Positions 36,504-44,578 of a DNA stretch of 64,000 bases are shown here, piece by piece (within the stretch, counting starts at the first letter, position 1; each line of letters opens with the position of its first letter). Source of the DNA: a virus (Duplodnaviria > Caudoviricetes); the IMG/VR virus record IMGVR_UViG_3300020048_000093, positions 1-64,000 of that record; one strand, 5' to 3'. Below the pieces are notes generated by a model. The model was not told where the DNA came from, ran no database searches, and saw nothing but the letters and a program-made list of their open reading frames with translations. The position numbers were made by a program, and so were the translations under genes.

Positions 36504-36853
36504 TGCTCGTGAAGCTTGAAGAGGTGTGGCGTGACAGACTTGCACTCGACGCGATGCAGCGTGAAATCACCCGCCAGCGCATCTTCGGCTGGCGCCCGTG
36601 GGAGATACTTCTTCCACCTGAGCTGCTCTATCCGATGCTGGAAGAAGTGTCGTCCGGCATGGTTACGTCCTGGAGTCCTACCGTTTGTGGCGCAGGCGTG
36701 CAGGTCGGAAATCAGGGTGAACTTGCAATCCGCTTTGTTCGCACGGGTGAGAAAGAATCCCCTGTAATGGTCAAATCAATGCCCTATCAGCCCTTCAACA
36801 AGGACGCCATTACTCCAATCGAGGTAAACAATGGGCATCAGATTCGAGGCTAA
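36503..36853 (+). CDS. Hypothetical protein
   Basis: TAATG coupling; fills the gap between paralogs. Confidence 0.55.
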   Translation: MLVKLEEVWRDRLALDAMQREITRQRIFGWRPWEILLPPELLYPMLEEVSSGMVTSWSPTVCGAGVQVGNQGELAIRFVRTGEKESPVMVKSMPYQPFNKDAITPIEVNNGHQIRG

Positions 36854-37265
36854 CTACCAGCGAATTGCTGGTATCGCCCCGCTCATCGTAAACGATAATG
36901 ATCCTCTGACACGCTGGTTCCGCGTACATGAGTGGCAGGTCGATCCTGGCTTTACCGGGAAGCTCCTCATGGTCATGCTCAATGTCGAGACGCAGTTCCC
37001 GATTCCTCCTACGGCTGATTATGGCTGGATGCGCGTCTCGGCTGCGCTTGACGCAGGCGAAGTGAAGTGGCAGACGAAGTGGGAAAGCCGCTTCATAGGT
37101 GCTGCACTCACTGCAAAGCAGTTCACCCCGCGTCTCCAGATCATTCCTGTGGGGTCCGGTATTACATTTACTGCAGGTCAAGGCCTCATGACCCAAGCCC
37201 TCTCCTCCACGACCACCGCGCATCGCTGGTGGTCCTGCTACGTTATTGATGCGGGGGTAGTATGA
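36831..37265 (+). CDS. Small beta-rich protein, paralog 3
   Basis: IIPVGSGITFTAGQGL...RWWSC matches the C-terminal half of paralogs 1 and 2. Confidence 0.7.
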   Translation: MGIRFEANYQRIAGIAPLIVNDNDPLTRWFRVHEWQVDPGFTGKLLMVMLNVETQFPIPPTADYGWMRVSAALDAGEVKWQTKWESRFIGAALTAKQFTPRLQIIPVGSGITFTAGQGLMTQALSSTTTAHRWWSCYVIDAGVV

Positions 37266-38119
37266 ATGTAGAATATGGCGAGAAGATATTTGATGACACT
37301 GCAATGATGGGGGACAACACCAACCGTGTTGATGACATAATGGCTGTCCCGTCCGTCGGAAAAGAATCAATTGTCCGGTACAAGGTTCCCGTGGAGCGCA
37401 ATGCACACGTACAGTGCATGGCACTTAATTGTGACTATGGCGCTCTCCTCTTGCAGGGTGCCTATACCACGGCGCAGGATGGAGCGCAGGTGCAGGTCCG
37501 CTTTGGAGGAGCAGTCAAGTTCGAGCAGAAATTTAACTGGACGGGCTTGCAGGGATACATCGGCGGAGCAGATGACTACAATGCAGAAAATGAGGTTATG
37601 TTTTCCTGTCATAATCAAGCGATCAATGCAGGCACGGTCATTGACTTCTATATCACTGGAAAGTCGAATGTGCGAAGGATGATAAACGGAGATCTCTACG
37701 GCGTCCTTGATGACGGTACAGTGGTCCGTGTTGGCATAAAACAAGCTGTTGACAACACCGTTGCCACTTCTGTCCCGTTGTACACTGTCCCTGCCGGGCG
37801 GATTCTCTATATCAGCCAGATGGTTGTCACCACTCGGCATATCGACATATACGCCGGGAAAGGATATTTCACATACAATGGACTCGCAGTCATGGCCTTC
37901 GACGTTGCGCAGACAGAACTCGGCGGCGTCTATGGGCTTGTGTTCCCCTTCTATGACCTCCCGCTCAAGGAGAGCGCGTCCATCGGCTTCCGCCTCGACT
38001 CCTTCGCGTGTGGGAATGAAGTTGTCACAGGTACAGTGTATTCTGATGAGCATCCGCTTATTGACCCTGCGGCCGTGGCCGCAGCCGTCTGGACCAGAGC
38101 AGGCAGAACGCTTACATGA
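37262..38119 (+). CDS. Two-domain beta-rich structural protein
   Basis: YKVP.E and LYTVPAGRILYI motifs typical of small virion beta-sandwich domains; C-terminal AAAVWTRAGRTLT. Confidence 0.65.
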   Translation: MNVEYGEKIFDDTAMMGDNTNRVDDIMAVPSVGKESIVRYKVPVERNAHVQCMALNCDYGALLLQGAYTTAQDGAQVQVRFGGAVKFEQKFNWTGLQGYIGGADDYNAENEVMFSCHNQAINAGTVIDFYITGKSNVRRMINGDLYGVLDDGTVVRVGIKQAVDNTVATSVPLYTVPAGRILYISQMVVTTRHIDIYAGKGYFTYNGLAVMAFDVAQTELGGVYGLVFPFYDLPLKESASIGFRLDSFACGNEVVTGTVYSDEHPLIDPAAVAAAVWTRAGRTLT

Positions 38120-39279
38120 TCGTAGAGGATATAGTCGATAAGATATGGTCACATCCATCCCGAACCGTCGATGCAGGCTCTCCTGCTGCTTCCGATGGAT
38201 CGATAGTCGATGATGTTGCCTATGCAGTCTGGACGTATATCACTCGCACCACAGAAGGCGGCGTATCCGCTATCACCGGTATTGCTTCAGGTACGCAATC
38301 ACTCCAGTCCGGAAACGCGTCAGGCGAGGTTCTGGCAGCACCAATCACAGGAACCGCATCTGGCGTCCAAAAGGCGCAAACAGGCACCGGAACGGGCAGC
38401 GTCGTCGCTCCAGCGGTGTCTGGAACATCTACCGGTACGCAGGCAAAACAGACAGGAACCGGAATGGGAACCGTCGTGTCGGCGGGAATTTCCGGGACAG
38501 GCCAGGGAACGCAAGTCGGGCAAGAAGGATCAGGATCGGGCACGGTTGGCGTTGCTCCGGTAAGCGGTACAGCATCCGGTACACAGTCCTCACAAAGCGG
38601 GACGGGTTCAGGAGCTCAAACTTTCGCCGGAATAAGTTCGGGAACACAAGCAAGGCAGACTGGAGCGGCCCTGGGACAACAGGCATTTGCAGGGGCTTCA
38701 TCAGGATCCCAGATAAAACAGACAGGCGTTGCTTCTGGAATGGTGGTGGCGGGTGTTTTTGGTGCAGTTTCTGGTTCGCAAGTACGTCAAACAGGAGTTG
38801 GATCAGGAGCCATAGCAATCCCTTCTGTTGCAGGGTCCGCATCCGGACAACAGGCGCGTCAATCAGGTTCAGGGAGCGGCCTTCAGTCCTTTTCGGCAAA
38901 CGTAACCGGAACACAGATCAGACAGACCGGAACCGCAACGGCACTGTTGACGTTAACAGGGATTGCCTCTGGTATCCAAACAAGACAGATAGGGTCCGCT
39001 GCAGGACAAAACTCTCATGAAGCTTATTCGAGTGGAACACAAACACCTCAGCACGGAGGCGGGATAGGCTCTCAATCGTATCAAGGAATATCAGTTGGAT
39101 CACAGACACGACAAACAGGAACAGGTTACGGATTGTCTGATCTGGATATTCCTGTTCGAATACAAGTCGAAGGGCAATGGAAGAAAATGAAGGCGATTTG
39201 TGTTAAGGTTGATGGGCAATGGAAACGAGTCAGGGGCATACATATACGTGTGTCTGGAACATGGAAAAACGTATTATAG
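38116..39279 (+). CDS. Gly/Ser/Thr/Gln-repeat fibre protein
   Basis: About 13 repeats of 21-24 aa; C-terminal triple [IV]xVxGxWK motif. Confidence 0.8.
   Translation: MIVEDIVDKIWSHPSRTVDAGSPAASDGSIVDDVAYAVWTYITRTTEGGVSAITGIASGTQSLQSGNASGEVLAAPITGTASGVQKAQTGTGTGSVVAPAVSGTSTGTQAKQTGTGMGTVVSAGISGTGQGTQVGQEGSGSGTVGVAPVSGTASGTQSSQSGTGSGAQTFAGISSGTQARQTGAALGQQAFAGASSGSQIKQTGVASGMVVAGVFGAVSGSQVRQTGVGSGAIAIPSVAGSASGQQARQSGSGSGLQSFSANVTGTQIRQTGTATALLTLTGIASGIQTRQIGSAAGQNSHEAYSSGTQTPQHGGGIGSQSYQGISVGSQTRQTGTGYGLSDLDIPVRIQVEGQWKKMKAICVKVDGQWKRVRGIHIRVSGTWKNVL
38272..39132 (+). repeat. Tandem coding repeats, consensus xxGxxSGxQxxQxGxGxG
   Basis: e.g. VSGTASGTQSSQSGTGSG, FAGISSGTQARQTGAALG, VAGSASGQQARQSGSGSG. 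Confidence 0.85.
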
Positions 39280-39288
39280 GAGCGTAAC

Positions 39289-42200
39289 ATGAGTTTTTTT
39301 ATGATTGAAGATTATTCGTATAATGATAGTGACCTGGCAAATTTGAGAAAATCAGGCGCTCTTAACCTTGAGGTGGGCGGGTATACCGAACTTTCCATGA
39401 GAGAATATTTTGCCATGCAAAAATCATTGAAGGTGGCAAATGAGTATATCCGGATGCAAAAAGGCATTAAAATACCGGCAGGCGGGCGATGGATCACTGT
39501 TCACCCGAACGGAGGAGACGAAAAAGGGACTCCACTGCTCATTCAGGAGACGGGAGAAAAAGGAACCGCGCACGTTATCGCTGGGGCCGGGGGAAAGCTC
39601 AATGGCCTGAAGCTCAACAAGATAAAAAGCAAAGAAGAGTATAAGGAAAAATCTGAACAGCGAAACGAGGAAAAGAAAAAGAAGAAACTCGAAGACCGCC
39701 TGGCAGAACAGGAAACTGTGTCACAGATGAGCTCTGAAAAGCGCAAGGAATATAAAGAAGGAAAGAAGGCCGCAAAAATAAACGCCAAAGAAACAGAGAG
39801 TAACGACAAAAAAGCACGAGCCGAGGCCGAACAAGAATTCGTAAACCACATGGCCGGCGTGATGGGTTGGGAGCAAGAAGAGATAGAAGAGGACTTTGCA
39901 GAACGCAGAAAAGCGATTTATCAGCAGCTTGAGGATTGCGATGACAAGGCACTTGAAAAAAAGCTGGGTAAAGAACTTGAACATATAAACAAAGCCGAGG
40001 AACGCGCAATTAAAAGTCAGCGTTCGAATTTTCTATCGGCATCAAAAGAAGCTATCAAACAGATTCAGCGGGAACTTCTTGTAGACTCCGAAATGAGGCA
40101 ACAGGTTGAAGCAGGGCTTGGTGGTTCATCCGGAGCCGAAGACGTTATACGTAAAGAAAACGCAGGAAACAGCAAAGGGTTCCAGGCCGAATACCGGGAC
40201 AATGCCGAGAAAAAAGGCGGCCTGGATAACAAAGCTCTTGAGACTGAAAAGAGAGAGGCCTTTGAGAAGCGCATGACTGAAATAGCACAAGAAAACCCGA
40301 ACCTTGCTGCCATGATCTCCGGTGGCATAAAAACCAACAAGGCCATTAACGATATAAAGAAAGACGTGTATACCAAAGAAGAGACCCCGATTACTCCAAT
40401 TTCAGAGGTAGATAAGAAAACCGAGTTACTAAAAAACTATCTTGAAATGAAAAAGAAGCTAGCCGATATTGATAAAAAGAACGAGCCAGGGGTCCAGATA
40501 AACCTTGAAGGAACTCCAGAAGAGGCCGAGGACTCTGTTGACGGGCTTGTTTATGGAAAGGGAGTTTCAATCGACTATGCCGAACTGCTAGACAATGAGC
40601 TTGAGGATGAAGCCGAACAGATAAAGACCGAACGACAGGCCGCCGTTCATTCGTCACTACTCGATACCATCGACAAAAATCCCGGAGGATCCGCGAAATG
40701 GATAGCGAACGGGAATTATTCCGGTTTCAGTTCAATCGCCCTTGCTGCCATGAAAACCGAAGGGATTGATCGTGATGCCGTGGATATTTTAGGCGTTGGC
40801 GCAAGCTCGAAGCTGGTTGCCATGATGGCCCGGCGCTCGATGACCAAAGAAGACTACCAGGACTTCTCCTATGGTATGCAGAAATATCACGAAGAGGTAA
40901 ACGAATCCATAGCAAAGGATGCGGTAGAAAAAGGGAAAGACCTTATAGCGCGGGCGGAATCTATCAAAGCGGAAATCGACGCCAATCCCGACGATCTGGC
41001 CGTGGCAAAAGAGCTGAATGAATCTCGGCTTTCCTATCTTGACGAGGCCAATAGGGTAGTCGGCCAGGCACTCGGGTCGCTTGAATCATCGGCAGCTATG
41101 GTTTTGGCTCTGAAGGATGGCAAGGACCCTGAATCGCTCGAAGTGAACCTCGGCGCTGTCTCGAACGAGGACGCGATCGTCAAGATGCACGCCCTTGGGC
41201 TCGAAAAGGGAGATTTTACCATCAACGCTGCCGGAGAAAACAAAGTCGTTACCATTACCGGAGTGGATAAACTGGTCAAGCCGGTTGATGCAGAAGAATT
41301 GCGTATCGAACAGGAAGTATCGGCAATCAAGGCCGGCGCAATGGACGAGGACGGGTGGCTTCCGGCCGGCCTGGTGGAACGAACCTCTGAAAGTTATGAG
41401 GATCCGGGTCCTGATGCGCAGTTACCGGTGGGCGATGTCGATAATCAGTCTCTTGGATTTGATGAAAACGGCGAAGTTAATGCAAAAGGGTATCACGATA
41501 CCGAAGAAGCTGCTCACAGGACGCTTGGAGAAATGCCTGAGGGGTCGATGGCATACAAGCCAATCAGCGATCTTACCTCATCTGAACAAACCGATCTACG
41601 GCGCTATTGGGAGAACAATATCTACAAGGGGAGCATGTCGGAAGCGACAGCCGGACAGGACTTTGCAGAAGGAAAAGGAATCTCACGTCAAGCGGCATGG
41701 TCAAAATTCCTGAAGGGAGAGAACGGAGGGAGCGAATCGGCAACCATGGCCGCAATTCAAAATGACCTGATTACCAATCACTCGACTGAAGATATGTTCG
41801 GAGAAAAAGACCTTCCGCCATTGGCAAGGGTAACTCCCGGTAAATATGAAACATATCGTGCCAATGTAACTGGCGCAAGAGAGTTGTTTGATGCAATTGC
41901 CGAATTGAATAATCCTGATACGGTAATCGACGCCAAAGAAGCTAAAAAAGAAAGCGATAAACTTGAAGCTGCATTGCCGAAAAAACTGGACGAATTGTAT
42001 TCCGCACAAATGAAGGATCATTACCTGAAGTTTATGTCAGGTCACACGGAGGATGAATTCAAGGCAGGAGAAACAAGACAGGAGCGTAGTCCGTGGGGAG
42101 AGTATGTTCGGATGCACGGGGACGTTGGAAAGGCACAAGAGGCCGTACAAGACCGCATACGGGGAGATTTCAACGATAAATTCATCAAGAATTATGGAAG

Positions 42201-44226
42201 AGTTACCGGGAAACGATTAAAAACACGTTCTGAGAAGATTCGGAATTCGCAGGATCATGTTCTCGGTATGCTCCACAAGGACGTTCGGGATTCCTATACG
42301 CAACGATACCAGAAGGAAATGGGCGAAGCGGGTGGAGAGCTTGCCAATCGGAATAACGGTAAATTTGCAGCCGGTTCATGGAAAGACAAGCTCAATGGTT
42401 ATCTGGAAGAAAAAAAGAAAGCTGATGCCCAGCAGGTTGATATGTTCGCGGACCCAGAGGATATCAAACAAGATGACGGGACGGAAATAAAGTCTATCGG
42501 AAAGCGTGCCGAGACGCAGCTTGCATCGATGTTGCCGCAGCTTGCACAAAATCAACTTCGAGGTCAGCACTTTAAGGTCAATACCATGACTTCAAAGGGC
42601 GAGCGGCAGCGGGCGATTAAAATGCTGGAATCGGCAAAGCGTATCAATCTGTCGTTCGGAACGGGAAAGGGAAAAACCATTATCTCAATCGGGGCTTTTA
42701 CAGACCTGAAAGCGCAAGGCAAGGCTAAAAGGGCAATTTTCGCAGTTCCCTCTGTCGTCCAAAGCCAATTTGGCAATGAGGTCAATGTGTTCTGTGAACC
42801 GGGAAAATTCAAGGTTCAGTCAAATCCCTCGCTCTCTCGGGACGAACGGATTGAAGCCATGAAAGAAGGCAAGAATGATATGGTGGTTTTCACTCACCAG
42901 TCGCTGCGGGATGATCTGGTTCACCTTATGGCCAAAAACAACAATAAAACCCCAGAAGCCATGAAAGAGCACTTCAATTCGCTTGGAGCAAAGGAGCGTA
43001 AGGAATTGCTCGGGGAAACGCTCAAAAAAGAAGGTATCAATTTTGATATGATGACTGTTGATGAGGCGCACTACACAACGAACCGGAAGGGAAAGGAAGA
43101 CACCACCCTGTCGAACGTCCTGGATGCCCTTAATCAGAACGTAACGTACTTCATGAACCAAACTGCTACTCCGGTCAAGAATGACGCGTCAGAGGCCTTT
43201 GACATGCTGCACAAGGTAGCTCCGGAAAAGTTTACTGACCGGAATGAGTTTATAAAGCGGTATGGGGTCGATGCGAGCTTCTCGAAAAAATCTCTTCAAC
43301 GGCTTATAAACAGGTACAATTATGCCAGTCAGACCGTAACCGGGACAAAGCGAATCGACAACAAGGAAACCGTCAAAATGGTTGGTTCTCAGGCAGCCGA
43401 GTATGATAAAGTCGAAACTATGTTCAGAAGGGCAAGCAAGGCGGATAGAGCAGGAACGGCCGACGTGGAAGCCATGAAATTTCTTTCTCCGAATTCCTTC
43501 AAGAATGTTCCCGAAGAGAAGCATGAAGAAATTGCCAAACGCCTGCAGCAAGCTTCTGGAACGATCAAGGAAGAGGCGTTGAACCGGGTAGTGAATCAAT
43601 ACGATTGGAAGAATAATGCAAAAGTCGCACGAACACTTGAGCTGGTAGAAGCAAAGAAGTACACCGAGGACAATGCGAAAACAGCAAGCAAGGCAGGAGG
43701 ACAGAAGCCGGGAGTCATATTTGCCCACAATATCCAGACGGTCGAGAACCTGAGACAGGCCATGACCGAAAAGGGGATGCGGGTGGGAATTATTCAGGGG
43801 AGCATGAGCGGTCAAGAAAAGGAAAAGGTAAAAGTGGGATTCAATCCTTCTGATCCAAAAGATCGTATTTTTGATGTGCTTCTCTGTTCCGACGCCGGGG
43901 CAACTGGTTTGAATCTGCAAAATGCCGGGTATCTTATGAATTTCGACCTTCCTCAAACATCCTGGGTGAAGCAGCAGCGCGAGGGTCGTATAGACCGCAT
44001 GGGCCAGGCTCACTCTGAAATAGAATACCATGATATCGTGACTGATACGGACCACGAAAAAAAGAAGTGGGAACGTATTCAACGGAAAAAGGCGCTGGGA
44101 GCAATATTCGAAGAGGATCCAGGCGTACTCGATGATACTGGTTTGGCCGCTACTATCGCCAATGTCAAAAAAGAACGGTACAATACCGGTACTGAACAAA
44201 CACGCGATGAAAAGAGGGCGGCATGA
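39289..44226 (+). CDS. Large SNF2-family helicase/ATPase (polyvalent-protein type)
   Basis: GTGKGKT, TVDEAH, TATPVKN, SDAGATGLNLQ, QQREGRIDRMGQ; long charged N-terminal region starting with RWITVHPNG. Confidence 0.88.
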   Translation: MSFFMIEDYSYNDSDLANLRKSGALNLEVGGYTELSMREYFAMQKSLKVANEYIRMQKGIKIPAGGRWITVHPNGGDEKGTPLLIQETGEKGTAHVIAGAGGKLNGLKLNKIKSKEEYKEKSEQRNEEKKKKKLEDRLAEQETVSQMSSEKRKEYKEGKKAAKINAKETESNDKKARAEAEQEFVNHMAGVMGWEQEEIEEDFAERRKAIYQQLEDCDDKALEKKLGKELEHINKAEERAIKSQRSNFLSASKEAIKQIQRELLVDSEMRQQVEAGLGGSSGAEDVIRKENAGNSKGFQAEYRDNAEKKGGLDNKALETEKREAFEKRMTEIAQENPNLAAMISGGIKTNKAINDIKKDVYTKEETPITPISEVDKKTELLKNYLEMKKKLADIDKKNEPGVQINLEGTPEEAEDSVDGLVYGKGVSIDYAELLDNELEDEAEQIKTERQAAVHSSLLDTIDKNPGGSAKWIANGNYSGFSSIALAAMKTEGIDRDAVDILGVGASSKLVAMMARRSMTKEDYQDFSYGMQKYHEEVNESIAKDAVEKGKDLIARAESIKAEIDANPDDLAVAKELNESRLSYLDEANRVVGQALGSLESSAAMVLALKDGKDPESLEVNLGAVSNEDAIVKMHALGLEKGDFTINAAGENKVVTITGVDKLVKPVDAEELRIEQEVSAIKAGAMDEDGWLPAGLVERTSESYEDPGPDAQLPVGDVDNQSLGFDENGEVNAKGYHDTEEAAHRTLGEMPEGSMAYKPISDLTSSEQTDLRRYWENNIYKGSMSEATAGQDFAEGKGISRQAAWSKFLKGENGGSESATMAAIQNDLITNHSTEDMFGEKDLPPLARVTPGKYETYRANVTGARELFDAIAELNNPDTVIDAKEAKKESDKLEAALPKKLDELYSAQMKDHYLKFMSGHTEDEFKAGETRQERSPWGEYVRMHGDVGKAQEAVQDRIRGDFNDKFIKNYGRVTGKRLKTRSEKIRNSQDHVLGMLHKDVRDSYTQRYQKEMGEAGGELANRNNGKFAAGSWKDKLNGYLEEKKKADAQQVDMFADPEDIKQDDGTEIKSIGKRAETQLASMLPQLAQNQLRGQHFKVNTMTSKGERQRAIKMLESAKRINLSFGTGKGKTIISIGAFTDLKAQGKAKRAIFAVPSVVQSQFGNEVNVFCEPGKFKVQSNPSLSRDERIEAMKEGKNDMVVFTHQSLRDDLVHLMAKNNNKTPEAMKEHFNSLGAKERKELLGETLKKEGINFDMMTVDEAHYTTNRKGKEDTTLSNVLDALNQNVTYFMNQTATPVKNDASEAFDMLHKVAPEKFTDRNEFIKRYGVDASFSKKSLQRLINRYNYASQTVTGTKRIDNKETVKMVGSQAAEYDKVETMFRRASKADRAGTADVEAMKFLSPNSFKNVPEEKHEEIAKRLQQASGTIKEEALNRVVNQYDWKNNAKVARTLELVEAKKYTEDNAKTASKAGGQKPGVIFAHNIQTVENLRQAMTEKGMRVGIIQGSMSGQEKEKVKVGFNPSDPKDRIFDVLLCSDAGATGLNLQNAGYLMNFDLPQTSWVKQQREGRIDRMGQAHSEIEYHDIVTDTDHEKKKWERIQRKKALGAIFEEDPGVLDDTGLAATIANVKKERYNTGTEQTRDEKRAA

Positions 44227-44444
44227 CAGACCATACAACCAACCTTTGCACCCTGTTGGCAAAGATCGAGAAACGAAAAGATGAAACCGTATTGGCAGGA
44301 CAGAAAATTGAACTTGCCATAAACCGGGCGCATAATGGTACGCAGGCCAATGTAGAGCGGTTGCGGCATAAGGCACAAGGCGGGGATCAAGCTGCCGAAA
44401 CGGCCTATCTATCCCTGCTCCGTGCAAGAAAGCGAATCTCTTGA
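44223..44444 (+). CDS. Small helical hypothetical protein
   Basis: ATGA coupling, RBS GAGGG. Confidence 0.6.
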   Translation: MTDHTTNLCTLLAKIEKRKDETVLAGQKIELAINRAHNGTQANVERLRHKAQGGDQAAETAYLSLLRARKRIS

Positions 44445-44470
44445 CATAACACAGGAATACCAACTACACT
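44441..44470 (+). promoter_or_regulatory. Sigma70-type promoter upstream of the capsid operon
   Basis: TTGACA (44441-46)-18 nt-TACACT (44465-70). Confidence 0.5.
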
Positions 44471-44516
44471 ATATGTACAGTTCGTTTATAGAAATACGTG
44501 ACGCTAAATAATATTT

Positions 44517-44560
44517 GGGTCACATGCCCTTAATCGGGTGTGTGGCCCTTTTTCTTTTTT
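44517..44560 (+). terminator. Strong intrinsic terminator directly upstream of the protease gene
   Basis: 13-bp stem GGGTCACATGCCC/GGGTGTGTGGCCC (with G-U pairs) followed by TTTTTCTTTTTT. Confidence 0.85.
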
Positions 44561-44578
44561 CGGTTCAACAGGAGACGC

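Noticed and set aside
35127-36545. 472-aa minus-strand ORF (and 36810..37424, 37367..38158)
   Set aside because: Antisense shadows of GC-rich, codon-biased plus-strand genes that have RBSs and paralogy; no motifs or RBS of their own
35760-37265. Diversity-generating retroelement or shufflon behind the paralog array
   Set aside because: Paralogs are diverged at all bases rather than adenine-specifically; no reverse transcriptase, invertase or inverted crossover repeats in the window
43189-44463. 424-aa minus-strand ORF
   Set aside because: Lies opposite the conserved SNF2 helicase core; F/L/S-rich shadow translation
44540-44578. GTG start at 44540 for the protease
   Set aside because: Falls within the terminator hairpin and U-tract; ATG 44579 has the RBS
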